A stretch of DNA of 25,646 bases from an uncultured Nitrospirales bacterium (GCA_964569295.1 CAZMVU010000049.1:1-25646); one strand, 5' to 3'. Shown: positions 8,221-17,402, numbered from the stretch's first letter. Notes: a model not told the origin generated them from the letters alone. Numbers and translations are program-made.

Positions 8221-8754
8221 ATGACAGCGGCAAAACAGGCATGGCTCGATACGGGTCTGGCGCTGCTCGAGGAGCAGGGCCCCGGCGGGCTCACCATCGA
8301 TGAGCTCACACGCCGTCTGGGCCGGACAAAGGGCTCTTACTACCACCATTTCAAGAGCCGGGATGGGTTTGTGGACGCGCTGCTGCGGCATTGGGAAGAG
8401 GAGAACACGCAACGGATCATCCGGGAGGCGGAAGCCGCCGGCGAAGCCGAGGCGAAGAAGCGCCTTCTCACCCAGCTCACGCAGCCGCTGCACGAGTCCC
8501 GGATCGAGGTGCATATCCGTGCGTGGGCGCTGACGGAGAGCCGCGTGCGTGCGTATGTGGCGCGGGTTGACGAGGCGCGTATGGGGTATGTGCGCCGGAT
8601 AGCGGAAGTGGCGACGGGTGACCGGGATCGTGCTCAGGCCATCGCGCGGATTGTATACGCGGTATTCGTCGGTGCGCAGCAGGTGCTGCCGCCGATTAAA
8701 GGCAAAGAGCTTGTCCGCCTGTATGCGGATCTCGAACGGCTCTACGAACTGTAA
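8221..8754 (+). CDS. TetR/AcrR family transcriptional regulator
   Basis: N-terminal TetR HTH (LTIDELTRRLGRTKGSYYHHFKSRDGF). The start is set at the ATG with GGAG 9 nt upstream. Confidence 0.85.
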   Translation: MTAAKQAWLDTGLALLEEQGPGGLTIDELTRRLGRTKGSYYHHFKSRDGFVDALLRHWEEENTQRIIREAEAAGEAEAKKRLLTQLTQPLHESRIEVHIRAWALTESRVRAYVARVDEARMGYVRRIAEVATGDRDRAQAIARIVYAVFVGAQQVLPPIKGKELVRLYADLERLYEL

Positions 8755-8814
8755 CGAAACCTCAGGAACCGGGAAACGAGCGTGAGCGTCGGCACAACAG
8801 ACTATCGGAGGCTT

Positions 8815-10419
8815 ATGAGCGGCAACGAGGCCGTGGCGCTGGCCGCGTTACACGGCGGCGTGGCGCTGGGTACGGGCTATCCCGGCACCCCCTCGACAGA
8901 AATCCTCGAGCACCTCAGCGCCTATGGCGGGCGCGCCCAGTGGGCGCCGAACGAGAAGGTGGCCCTCGAGGTGGGTATTGGTGCCGCGTTCGCCGGTGTG
9001 CGTGTGCTGGTGACAATGAAACACGTGGGCGTAAACGTGGCGGCGGACCCCTTCTTTTCCGTGGCCTACACGGGCGTCGACGGCGCCTTGGTTATCGTAT
9101 CGGCCGACGATCCGGGCATGCACTCGAGCCAGAACGAGCAGGACAACCGCCGCTTTGCCCTGGCGGCCGGCATGGTCATGTTCGAGCCGGCCGACGCGCA
9201 AGACGCCTATGATTTTACCCGTGCGGCCTTTGCCTTTTCAGAGGCCTGGAACCTGCCGGTGATGCTGCGCATGACCACCCGGGTGTGCCATTCACAGGGC
9301 GTGGTGCGGCCAGCCGTGCCAGACACGGTAAAGACCTCCTCCGGCTTCAAGCGCCATATTCCGGGGCGTGTGATGATCCCCGGTCATGCGCGCCACGCCC
9401 ACCGCCAGTTGCGCGCTAAACTCGAAGACGTACGCGCCTGGAGTGAAAACGAGGCACTGCACCGGGAAGAGACGGGCAGTCCAACCCTCGGGATCATCAC
9501 CGCGGGTGTGGCCTACCTGCACGCCCGGGAAGCGGCGCCGGAGGCCAGCCTGCTCAAACTCGCCATGACCCACCCGTTGCCACTCGCGCACATCCGCAAG
9601 TTCGCGGAAAGCGTCGACCGCTGCATGGTTATAGAAGAAGGCGACCCGTACCTCGTCGAGCAGTTGTGTGCGGCGGGCATTGCGGTCACAGGCAAGCCCG
9701 CGCGCTACCGCCTCGGCGAATTGAACGTGCCCCGGGTACGCCGGATTCTCGCCGGCGACGACTCGGAAGAACCCGCGCCGCCGCGCGGCAAGCTGCCCCA
9801 GCTTTGTGTGGGCTGTCCGCACCGGGGCGCTTTCGCGGTGACCAAACGGCTCGGGTGCATCGTGTCGGGTGACATTGGCTGCTACACGCTGGCCGCGCTG
9901 CCGCCTTTCGAGGCGATGGACAGCCAGTTGTGCATGGGCGCCAGCATCGGCATCGGTCTGGGCCTGCGCCACACGCTCCCGGAAGAGGCGGCGCGCCGTG
10001 TGGTGTCCGTCATCGGGGACAGCACGTTCATGCACTCGGGCCTCACCGGCCTCGCCGAGATGGTGTACAACCCGCCGTCCACTGGCCATATTGTGCTTGT
10101 ACTCGACAATGGCACCACCGCCATGACCGGTATGCAGGAACATCCGGGCACCGGCCGCAGCCTGGACCACCGCCGTGCAGGACGTGTGTCGTTCGAGGAT
10201 GTGGCCCGCGCTATGGGCGTGGGAAACGTGTGCGTGGCGGAGACCACGAAAGAACTCGCGCAAACGCTTACGACCGCCCTCGAACACAACGGCCTTACCT
10301 TCATCGTATTTCGCCATCCCTGCCGGCTCGCGAAACCGCGGATCGAGGCGTGGGAAGCGCAGGCCGCTGGCGAAACAGCGGCGGTGGCGCCGTCCACGGA
10401 GGCCTGCTGCCATGACTGA
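8815..10419 (+). CDS. iorA: indolepyruvate:ferredoxin oxidoreductase alpha subunit (TPP-dependent)
   Basis: LMSGNEAVALAALHGGV N-terminal motif and a CVGCPHRG ... GDIGCYTL TPP/cluster region. An alternative GTG start at 8782 is possible. Confidence 0.8.
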   Translation: MSGNEAVALAALHGGVALGTGYPGTPSTEILEHLSAYGGRAQWAPNEKVALEVGIGAAFAGVRVLVTMKHVGVNVAADPFFSVAYTGVDGALVIVSADDPGMHSSQNEQDNRRFALAAGMVMFEPADAQDAYDFTRAAFAFSEAWNLPVMLRMTTRVCHSQGVVRPAVPDTVKTSSGFKRHIPGRVMIPGHARHAHRQLRAKLEDVRAWSENEALHREETGSPTLGIITAGVAYLHAREAAPEASLLKLAMTHPLPLAHIRKFAESVDRCMVIEEGDPYLVEQLCAAGIAVTGKPARYRLGELNVPRVRRILAGDDSEEPAPPRGKLPQLCVGCPHRGAFAVTKRLGCIVSGDIGCYTLAALPPFEAMDSQLCMGASIGIGLGLRHTLPEEAARRVVSVIGDSTFMHSGLTGLAEMVYNPPSTGHIVLVLDNGTTAMTGMQEHPGTGRSLDHRRAGRVSFEDVARAMGVGNVCVAETTKELAQTLTTALEHNGLTFIVFRHPCRLAKPRIEAWEAQAAGETAAVAPSTEACCHD

Positions 10420-10963
10420 GCACGGCCGCACCACGAACATCGTCTTCGCCGGACTGGGCGGTACCGGCGTTATCCGCGCCTCTGACATTATGGCGGGAGC
10501 GGCCTTCCGCACCGGCTGCGACGTGAAGAAAAGTGAAGTGCACGGCATGAGCCAGCGGGGCGGCTCCGTCACGAGCGATGTACGTTTCGGCGCGCAGGTC
10601 CTCAGTCCGATGACGCCCGCGGGTGAGGCGGATTTCCTGGTGGTGTTGCATGCGGCGCAGGTCGAGGTGGTCCGCCATTACCTGGCGCCGGACGGCGTGC
10701 TGATAACGACGGATGTGTTGTTTGCGCCCGAAGCCGGTCCCAAGACGCTCGACGACGATCCGGCCACGCCGGTGACCAGCCGGAATTACAACGTGGCCTT
10801 GCTCGGCCTCTTGAGCACATACCTTGCTATCGGCAATCCCGCCTGGCACGCGGCCATTCAAGCCGCTCTTCCCGAAAAGGTGCAGGCGCAGAACGTCGCG
10901 GTATTCACCTTCGGGCAAACATTACGCGCCATGGCGGAAACCCGGGCGGGGGAAGGCGTATGA
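10412..10963 (+). CDS. iorB: indolepyruvate:ferredoxin oxidoreductase beta subunit
   Basis: NIVFAGLGGTGV ... GMSQRGGSV, a pyruvate/ketoisovalerate oxidoreductase gamma-like fold. There is an 8-nt start/stop overlap with iorA. Confidence 0.8.
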   Translation: MTEHGRTTNIVFAGLGGTGVIRASDIMAGAAFRTGCDVKKSEVHGMSQRGGSVTSDVRFGAQVLSPMTPAGEADFLVVLHAAQVEVVRHYLAPDGVLITTDVLFAPEAGPKTLDDDPATPVTSRNYNVALLGLLSTYLAIGNPAWHAAIQAALPEKVQAQNVAVFTFGQTLRAMAETRAGEGV

Positions 10964-12294
10964 GCCAGTTCTGGCACGATAGCGGCGGCACGTTTCATCC
11001 CGTGAGCGCCGTGGACTTTCTGCCGGCGGCGCAATTGCGCGAATTGCAGTTGCACCGGCTTCAGGCGGTGGTGCGCCGCGCCTATGAGCAGGTGGCGTTG
11101 TTCCGGGCGCGCATGGACGAGCGCGGCCTGCATCCCGGCGATGTGCACCGTCTCGCGGATCTCGGCAAGCTGCCGTTCACGCTCAAGAGCGATCTGCGCG
11201 ACACGTATCCCTTTGGGCTGTTCGCCAGCCCCATGAGCGAGATCGTGCGGCTCCATGCGTCCTCCGGCACGACGGGCAAGCCCATCGTGGTGGCGTATAC
11301 GCACGCGGACCTCGCGGTATGGTCAAGCGTGATGGTGCGCGCCTTCGCGGCCTACGGCCTTAAAGATGGGGACATCATACAAAACGCCTACGGCTACGGC
11401 CTGTTTACCGGCGGCCTGGGTGCGCACTACGGTGCGGAAGCGCTCGGCGCGACGGTGATCCCCATCTCCGGCGGCAATACGGATCGCCAGCTCATGGTGA
11501 TGAAAGACTTCAATGTGACCGCCGTATGCACAACACCGAGCTACTTCCTGCGGCTCATCGACCGCGCGCAAGAGCTCGGCATGGATCTGCGCGCCATGCC
11601 GGTGAAGGTGGGTGTATTCGGCGCGGAGCCGTGGACCCACGGGATGCGCCAGCGCATCGAGGCGGAGGCGGGCATCACCGCGTTCGACATCTATGGACTG
11701 TCCGAGATCGTCGGCCCGGGTGTCGGTGCGGAATGCGCGTATCAAAACGGGCTCCACATTTTCGAAGATCACTTCTACCCCGAGATCATCGATCCGGACA
11801 CCGGGGCGGTACTGCCCGACGGCGAGGAAGGCGAACTGGTCTTCACCACCCTGTCGAAGCAGGCCATGCCCATGATCCGCTACCGCACGCGCGACATCAC
11901 GGCGCTCGTGAACGCCCCGTGCGCGTGCGGCCGCAGCATCCGCCGCATCAAGCGCATCGCACGCCGCAGCGACGACATGATCATCATCCGGGGCGTGAAT
12001 GTCTTCCCTTCGCAGGTCGAAGCGGCGCTGCTGGCGGTCGATGGCACGCTCCCGCATTACCAGATCGTGCTGACCAACGACGGCACACTCGACCAGATGG
12101 AAGTGCAGGTCGAGGTGACGCCGAAGGTCTTCAGCGACCGCGTGGGCGCGCTCGAAAACCTCCAGGAGACCCTGGCCCAGGCGATCGAGCGCATTCTGAA
12201 TATCCGCGTGCACCTGCGGCTGGTCGAGCCGAACACCATCGCGCGGTCGGAAGGCAAGGCCAAACGCGTCATAGACAAGCGCCCGAAGGACTGA
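10960..12294 (+). CDS. paaK: phenylacetate-CoA ligase (arylacetate-CoA ligase)
   Basis: AMP-binding motif SSGTTGKP, a PaaK-type N-terminus and a length of 444 aa. There is an ATGA overlap with iorB. Confidence 0.85.
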   Translation: MSQFWHDSGGTFHPVSAVDFLPAAQLRELQLHRLQAVVRRAYEQVALFRARMDERGLHPGDVHRLADLGKLPFTLKSDLRDTYPFGLFASPMSEIVRLHASSGTTGKPIVVAYTHADLAVWSSVMVRAFAAYGLKDGDIIQNAYGYGLFTGGLGAHYGAEALGATVIPISGGNTDRQLMVMKDFNVTAVCTTPSYFLRLIDRAQELGMDLRAMPVKVGVFGAEPWTHGMRQRIEAEAGITAFDIYGLSEIVGPGVGAECAYQNGLHIFEDHFYPEIIDPDTGAVLPDGEEGELVFTTLSKQAMPMIRYRTRDITALVNAPCACGRSIRRIKRIARRSDDMIIIRGVNVFPSQVEAALLAVDGTLPHYQIVLTNDGTLDQMEVQVEVTPKVFSDRVGALENLQETLAQAIERILNIRVHLRLVEPNTIARSEGKAKRVIDKRPKD

Positions 12295-12300
12295 CACACC

Positions 12301-12741
12301 ATGAAAACCCACCAACTCAGCGTGTTCCTCGAGAACCGGGCCGGCGCTCTGCGGCAACCCTGTCAGGTGCTCGCCGATGCCGGCGTCGACATCCTCACGC
12401 TGTCCCTGGCCGACACGAAAGAATTCGGTATCCTCCACCTCATCGTGCGCGACTGGGAACAAGCGAAGAACGCGCTCGAAACCGCCGGGAAGACGGTGAA
12501 GGTGACCGAGGTGGTGGCCGTCGAAGTGGCGGATGAACCCGGCGGCCTGGCCAATGTCCTCCGGCATATCGAAGAGGCTGCGATTAATGTAGATTACATG
12601 TATGCATTCACTTTTGGAAACCAGGGCCGTGCGGTGCTGGTCTTTTGTTTCAATGATCCTGATCGCGCCGTTCTCACCCTCGATGAGGCGGGCGTGAAAA
12701 CCATCGGCATGGGCGAACTCTATGAGCGAACCAAAAGCTGA
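12301..12741 (+). CDS. ACT domain-containing protein (paired ACT domains)
   Basis: HQLSVFLENRAGAL and VVAVEVADEPGGLANV ACT signatures. This is the typical partner gene of iorAB-paaK clusters. Confidence 0.75.
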   Translation: MKTHQLSVFLENRAGALRQPCQVLADAGVDILTLSLADTKEFGILHLIVRDWEQAKNALETAGKTVKVTEVVAVEVADEPGGLANVLRHIEEAAINVDYMYAFTFGNQGRAVLVFCFNDPDRAVLTLDEAGVKTIGMGELYERTKS

Positions 12742-12967
12742 TGATAACGATCCTCCACACCCTCCGTTCCACGTCACCCCGGGCGGGCTGGGGCTCAGGC
12801 TCATCCCCACACCCGATCTCCCCCCCTCCCCCCGGGGTGACCCTATTTGATTGCCGGGGATTGCCGGGGGAAAGCCCCCGCAATACCTTCTTCTCATAGG
12901 TTTGTGTTCAAGAAAGGTTGTGTCCCTGGGGAGCGCGTGTAACCTCAGGAAGGGGCGCCAGTACCCT

Positions 12968-13030
12968 TCAGCATTCAGCACTCAGCACTCAGCACTCAGC
13001 ACTCAGCACTCAGCACTCAGCACTCAGCAT
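12968..13030. repeat. heptanucleotide tandem repeat (TCAGCAY)x9, perfect TCAGCAC x7 in the centre
   Basis: Read directly from the sequence. It abuts the stop codon of the minus-strand gene 13031-13981. On the minus strand every frame reaches TGA within one unit. Confidence 0.9.
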
Positions 13031-13981
13031 TCAGGGTTCGGGTGTTGTCGATCGGAAGGAAACCAACCAGAAGAAGTTTGTACCGGGTGCGCCGGTGCGA
13101 ATGAGCGGGGTGATGCCGACGTTGTCCTGCCAGTACGCCTCGGACGCGGAGGTATCGTAGAGGGCGCCGAACGTGAGCACGGGCTCATCGCCGGCAAGCT
13201 CGATCCCGAGCGACGGCTTGTACGCCGGTTCGATGGGGGCATGGCCCTGCGCCTCGGTGTCCACCTCGTTGTAGTCCCCTACAACCTCGATGTCGAGCAC
13301 TTTGGTAGTATCCGTTGGGAAATGGCGCGGCTGCGCCGCTGGCCTCCAGAAGTCGGCAAAGGCGTCGCCAATAACCCTTGCATGGCGCATGTCGCCTGTA
13401 TCGCCCGTGCCGCCGGAGAGCAGCGGCACATCCTCGAGGTAATTGCTCGCGATACGGTAGAGGTTGAGATCGCCCGTGTTGGCCGTGACCGGGGCGTCGA
13501 GTGTGAGCGCGTACTCGCCTGATCCCCCCACGGCCTCGGCCGCCTTGTCATACGAGAAGCCCAGACTCATCGTCCACTGGCCACCCTCGCCGCCGCCTGC
13601 CGCCGGCACCCCTCCCGCAAACGCGAGATAGACGCCCGTCGTCATGGCATCCACCGAAAGCAGATCAGCGCCTGCCGGGTCCGCCCCTTCGAAGAACGGC
13701 TGCGGATACCACGTGCTGCCCCAGCCATTCGGGTCGCCGCCGGGATGCGGGCGCACGGCCCATGCGCTGTCCGCATAGACCACGCTCATGAAATGATGGG
13801 GCGCCGCATCGCCGTCCATGTGCTTGAAGCACCGGTACTCCCTGCCGCTTTCCGCCGGATGCACTTCAATGAAGTACGTGCCGCCGTCGATTACCGAGAC
13901 CGGACATCCGGCGGCGAATATCACCATGAGCACGGCGCAGCCCACTGGCAACAACCGGTGGAATCCCTGGAACAGGCGCAT
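13031..13981 (-). CDS. secreted hypothetical protein (signal peptide, Gly/Asp-rich)
   Basis: N-terminal hydrophobic signal LLPVGCAVLMVIFAAGC. No recognisable catalytic motif. Confidence 0.5.
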   Translation of the reverse strand: MRLFQGFHRLLPVGCAVLMVIFAAGCPVSVIDGGTYFIEVHPAESGREYRCFKHMDGDAAPHHFMSVVYADSAWAVRPHPGGDPNGWGSTWYPQPFFEGADPAGADLLSVDAMTTGVYLAFAGGVPAAGGGEGGQWTMSLGFSYDKAAEAVGGSGEYALTLDAPVTANTGDLNLYRIASNYLEDVPLLSGGTGDTGDMRHARVIGDAFADFWRPAAQPRHFPTDTTKVLDIEVVGDYNEVDTEAQGHAPIEPAYKPSLGIELAGDEPVLTFGALYDTSASEAYWQDNVGITPLIRTGAPGTNFFWLVSFRSTTPEP

Positions 13982-14149
13982 AACCTACCCTTGCCTTTCT
14001 GGGCTCCTGAGGCACCGATCCCAACCGCGGCGCCATCGCTTTCAGTATGCCACAGATTGCCGGAAAACACGCAGGCCATGCTTTGCAGACACGGGCCGTA
14101 AGAGGCGCTGTACATTCCGATTCAGGATACTTGCTGCGCGATCGCGCGC

Positions 14150-16033
14150 CTAGAATTCCTTCTCCGCATAGGTGCGTTGGCCGGGAACAAAGTGGGCCGA
14201 ATCCATGGCGTCGGCAGAGATGTAGGCATTTCCGTCGGGGCTGGGTCCGGCCACGCGCAGGTGCACACTACGCAACCCGCCGAACCACCAGCGGCGGTCA
14301 CATACATAGACAAGGTCGCCGTGCTGCGCGGCCATGGCATCGATCGCGGCCTGCGGGAAAATCGCCGCGTCGCCCTCGAGCGCGTGGTCGGCGTAAACCG
14401 CGAGGTAGGTCGCGCGGCCTGGCGTGCGGTTGATCTCGGCGCCCTTGAATGCGCGCATGGCATCGAGTTGGGTGCCCGTCACCAGCCCCCGGATGGCTTC
14501 GAGGGGTTGCGGCCGGGTGGCGAACGCAACCACCACGCCCAAGGCGCCGCTTGCCACGATCCCGAACAGGGCGCGGGTGAACTTGTAGCTGTCCGGCCCC
14601 ATGCCGAAGCTGAGCGGCGCAAGGAACCAGTCATCGAAGGGCGGGAAGCTGGAAAGTCCCACGAGAATGCCGCCGCCGACAAGGGTGGCGAGTACGGCCG
14701 GGGCATTGTAGCGCTTCCACAATACGCCCAGGAGAATCGCCACGACGATGGGGGGCGTCACTGCGGCGGTAAACATGCCGTGCGCCGAGTAGATGCTTTC
14801 CTGCAGCATGAACAGCGGTACGAGCGCGAGTCCAATGAGCGCCGTGGTTAAGGCGGCCAGGCGCGCTATCATGAGGTAGTGCTTGTCCGTGCGCCCTTTC
14901 ACCACGTAGGGGCGGTACACGTCGTTCACGAAGACAGCGCTCACCGCGTTGATCAAGGTATCGGCGGTGGACATGAGCGCGGCGAGCAATGCGGCCAGTA
15001 CGAGCCCGAAAATGCCCGGGCTGCACACGAACTCGGCGGCCTTCACGAAGGCATCGTCGGGCGAGGTGGTCAGTTCCCCGTTCGCCACGAGCGCCTTGGC
15101 GATCCAACCGCCGCCAGAGACCGTAACCGCCGCGAGGGGCGCGAGGATCAGCACCCACAAGAAGACCATGCGCCGGGCATCGTGCACGCTGCGCAGCGAG
15201 AGAAAGCGCATCATCATCCCCTGATTCATGAGGATGAAGGCGCCCGAATTCGCGAGCCCGTCCTGGACGTATATCCCGATAAAGCTGAACTCCGGCGGCT
15301 TGTTGAACTGGGAGAAAATGTAGCGGTGGCTCTCGGGCATCAGGTTCCAGAAATCGATGAACCCGCCAAGGTGCGCCACGCCCGCGAGAAACACCGCAAG
15401 CCCGACGATGAGCAGAATGATCCCCTGGGCAAGGTCGGTCATGATAACGGAGGTCTGGCCGCCGGCGAACACGTACAGCGTGACCAGCACGCACGAGAGC
15501 GCCGCGCCGGTGAACGGATGCAAGCCCAGCACCGGCGAGAGCGCCTTGCCCAACGTGAACAGATTGACCCCGACGTAGCCAATCAGGTAGATAAGCAAGA
15601 AGACCGTCGCGGCCATGCGCGCGCTCGTGCCGAAGCGGCGCTCGAAGTATTCGGGCACGGATTGTATGCGCTGGAAGTAGATGATGGGCAGCCATACCAG
15701 CAGGAGAATGGGGACCCAGTACCAGTCGTTGAGGTAGGTCTGACTCGAGGACAAGCCGTATTCGAAGCCGACGCGGCTGTACTTTATGAAGCTGTAGGAA
15801 CCCACCATTGTGGCAATGCACGAGAAGGCGATCAGCCACCAGGCAAACCGCTGCCCACCGAAGAAGAAATCCTTGGTGGTCTTTGCGTATTTGCTGAAGT
15901 ACAGGCCGAAGCCAACCACCGCCGCGAAATACAGCACCATCACCGCTACATCGGAGTTGGTCCCTGTTCGCAGGATGGCGTCTTCGCCCGCGGGCGCGGC
16001 AGCGGCGGCCAGGTGTGCAACAAAGCGGTTCAT
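14150..16033 (-). CDS. sodium:solute symporter family transporter with a ~120-aa C-terminal soluble extension
   Basis: The SSF/SLC5 multi-TM core covers about the first 500 residues. The C-terminal tail is hydrophilic (…AIDAMAAQHGDLVYVCDRRWWFGG…). Confidence 0.85.
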   Translation of the reverse strand: MNRFVAHLAAAAAPAGEDAILRTGTNSDVAVMVLYFAAVVGFGLYFSKYAKTTKDFFFGGQRFAWWLIAFSCIATMVGSYSFIKYSRVGFEYGLSSSQTYLNDWYWVPILLLVWLPIIYFQRIQSVPEYFERRFGTSARMAATVFLLIYLIGYVGVNLFTLGKALSPVLGLHPFTGAALSCVLVTLYVFAGGQTSVIMTDLAQGIILLIVGLAVFLAGVAHLGGFIDFWNLMPESHRYIFSQFNKPPEFSFIGIYVQDGLANSGAFILMNQGMMMRFLSLRSVHDARRMVFLWVLILAPLAAVTVSGGGWIAKALVANGELTTSPDDAFVKAAEFVCSPGIFGLVLAALLAALMSTADTLINAVSAVFVNDVYRPYVVKGRTDKHYLMIARLAALTTALIGLALVPLFMLQESIYSAHGMFTAAVTPPIVVAILLGVLWKRYNAPAVLATLVGGGILVGLSSFPPFDDWFLAPLSFGMGPDSYKFTRALFGIVASGALGVVVAFATRPQPLEAIRGLVTGTQLDAMRAFKGAEINRTPGRATYLAVYADHALEGDAAIFPQAAIDAMAAQHGDLVYVCDRRWWFGGLRSVHLRVAGPSPDGNAYISADAMDSAHFVPGQRTYAEKEF

Positions 16034-16254
16034 GGCGTCACCTCCTCTGGTACGAAGGGCAGCCAGAAGGTGAACGCACCGGTCAACGCCAGCAAGGCCA
16101 CGAACCCAATCACGATGATCACGATCACGCGGCGATCACGCGGCAGCTTGAGATCGACGTATCCGCTCGACACGCCGGCCCACAGGCCCACGGCGCAGAG
16201 CAATGCCCCCACGCCAAACTGGACAATAATCGGGTATACGCGCAGCATATCCAT
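16030..16254 (-). CDS. small two-TM membrane protein, putative symporter small subunit (DUF4212-like)
   Basis: 74 aa with two hydrophobic helices. There is a 4-nt overlap with the symporter start. A GGGAGG RBS lies 10 nt upstream of the ATG at 16254. Confidence 0.55.
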   Translation of the reverse strand: MDMLRVYPIIVQFGVGALLCAVGLWAGVSSGYVDLKLPRDRRVIVIIVIGFVALLALTGAFTFWLPFVPEEVTP

Positions 16255-16308
16255 ACGCAACAAGCCCTCCCGTAATCACAAGCGTCTGGAACGGACGCCG
16301 CACAACGT

Positions 16309-16339
16309 ATCATACCGGGCATCGGATTTGCGCGCAAAT
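16309..16339 (-). promoter_or_regulatory. promoter (TTGCGC-17-TATGAT on the minus strand) overlapped by the perfect 14-bp palindrome ATTTGCGCGCAAAT
   Basis: The palindrome lies at 16326-16339. The -35 box is inside the palindrome and the -10 TATGAT is at plus-strand 16309-16314. It sits ~55 nt upstream of the small-subunit start. Confidence 0.45.
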
Positions 16340-16499
16340 GCAAGCGGAAACCCCGCACGCCGGCCGTGGGCGTCTTTATCCGCCGGACAGCGCCGCACGA
16401 CGTCATGCGCCCCCCGTAAATAAACGTTGGTCCCCCCCCCGCTGATTAGAGACGCGCAACAGCGCACACTCCAACCCACTCGGCCGCCCACACGCCGCC

Positions 16500-17402
16500 C
16501 TACGCTTCCTCGATCAGCCGTTCGCCGTCCGCAGCCAACCGGTAGCCGCCCTGCAGCGAGGGCCGATCATTGCCCTGGCAGTACACGGCGAAGGCGTGTG
16601 CGTCGTCGCTGGTATCCGCTTGCAGCAAGACATCGTGATCCATGAAGATGGGCCCCTTGAACGACGCATCGCACCGGCGGGGCTTGTCCCCGGGCAGTTC
16701 CGGCATGGTGCTGAGCGTGCGCGCGAGGGTCCACATGCCGTGGATGATGTCGCGCTTGAACCCGAACAACTTCGCGAGAATGCGTGACACATGGATGGGG
16801 TTGTAGTCGCCGGATATCTTTGCATAGCGCTTGCCCATGTTTTTGGGCACATGCCATCTCTCATCCATGACCGCGTTTTCGACTTCCGGCATGGCCGCTA
16901 TAGCGGGCGTTTCCCCCGGCTCTCCAAACTTCTTCCCCCGCACGAGATACGTACTGATGGCCTCCCAGCGCGGGTGGGTGCCCTCGCGCACGGATGTGTT
17001 GATGTCGAACTCGAGCCCGGCCTTCACCACGCGCGACGTGGCGAGGCGGCATTCCATGTGCATCATTGCATCACTGGCGATCGGCGCAAACTGCACAATG
17101 TGGTTGCGCAGGTGCAGTGCGCCCATGGCGGACAAGGGAAACGTTTCGTGTGCGAGAATGGCCATCTGCAGGCGGTTGCACAGCACCTGCGGATACGTGA
17201 TCGGCAGGCGGCCGTCGTCTTTGAAACCGCACACATCGCGGTAGGCCTGCAAGGACTGGCTGTCTGCCTGGGCGCCCGGCCATTCGGTGGTTATCGCCGG
17301 CAGCGATTCGCCCGGTTTCAAGCCGGGCCGCCGCTTGAGCAGCAGCCGGCGGTAGAGGTACCCCGTCGAGGGCGGTGCGTCGTAGCGCAATTCGATGGAC
17401 AT
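16500..17402 (-). CDS. MaoC-like (R)-specific enoyl-CoA hydratase / double hot-dog fold dehydratase
   Basis: Hot-dog motif ISGDYNPIHVS...IIHGMWT. The start is trimmed to the ATG at 17402 (MSIELRYD...). Confidence 0.7.
   Translation of the reverse strand: MSIELRYDAPPSTGYLYRRLLLKRRPGLKPGESLPAITTEWPGAQADSQSLQAYRDVCGFKDDGRLPITYPQVLCNRLQMAILAHETFPLSAMGALHLRNHIVQFAPIASDAMMHMECRLATSRVVKAGLEFDINTSVREGTHPRWEAISTYLVRGKKFGEPGETPAIAAMPEVENAVMDERWHVPKNMGKRYAKISGDYNPIHVSRILAKLFGFKRDIIHGMWTLARTLSTMPELPGDKPRRCDASFKGPIFMDHDVLLQADTSDDAHAFAVYCQGNDRPSLQGGYRLAADGERLIEEA

Noticed and set aside
8782-8814. GTG at 8782 as the iorA start (as in the ORF track)
   Set aside because: The ATG at 8815 places the conserved LxGNEA motif at the usual distance from the N-terminus and has GGAGG just upstream. 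The GTG remains a possible alternative.
12851-13522. plus-strand ORFs translating the heptamer array as (SALSTQH)n
   Set aside because: They overlap the better-supported minus-strand secreted-protein gene and have no start context. The open frame is an automatic consequence of a 7-nt repeat lacking stop triplets on that strand.
14136-14149. GCGCGATCGCGCGC palindrome right after the symporter stop codon (contains the cyanobacterial HIP1 core GCGATCGC)
   Set aside because: It is a single occurrence in the window with no loop for a terminator hairpin. The rest of the genome context is not cyanobacterial-like, so it is probably a chance GC palindrome.
16284-16305. TGGAAC-N-GCAC sequence that looks superficially like a sigma-54 -24/-12 element
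   Set aside because: The spacing and the -12 element (needs TTGCW) do not fit. A conventional -35/-10 pair on the coding (minus) strand explains the region better.
14879-16423. 514-aa plus-strand ORF, and similar long ORFs (9292-10572 minus, 11323-12981 minus, 5129-6370 plus, 2828-3556 minus, 3892-4674 plus, 7130-7936 plus)
   Set aside because: They lie antisense to confidently assigned genes. Their translations are Arg/Pro/Gly/His-rich low-complexity sequence with no motifs and no RBS. They are typical GC-driven shadow ORFs.
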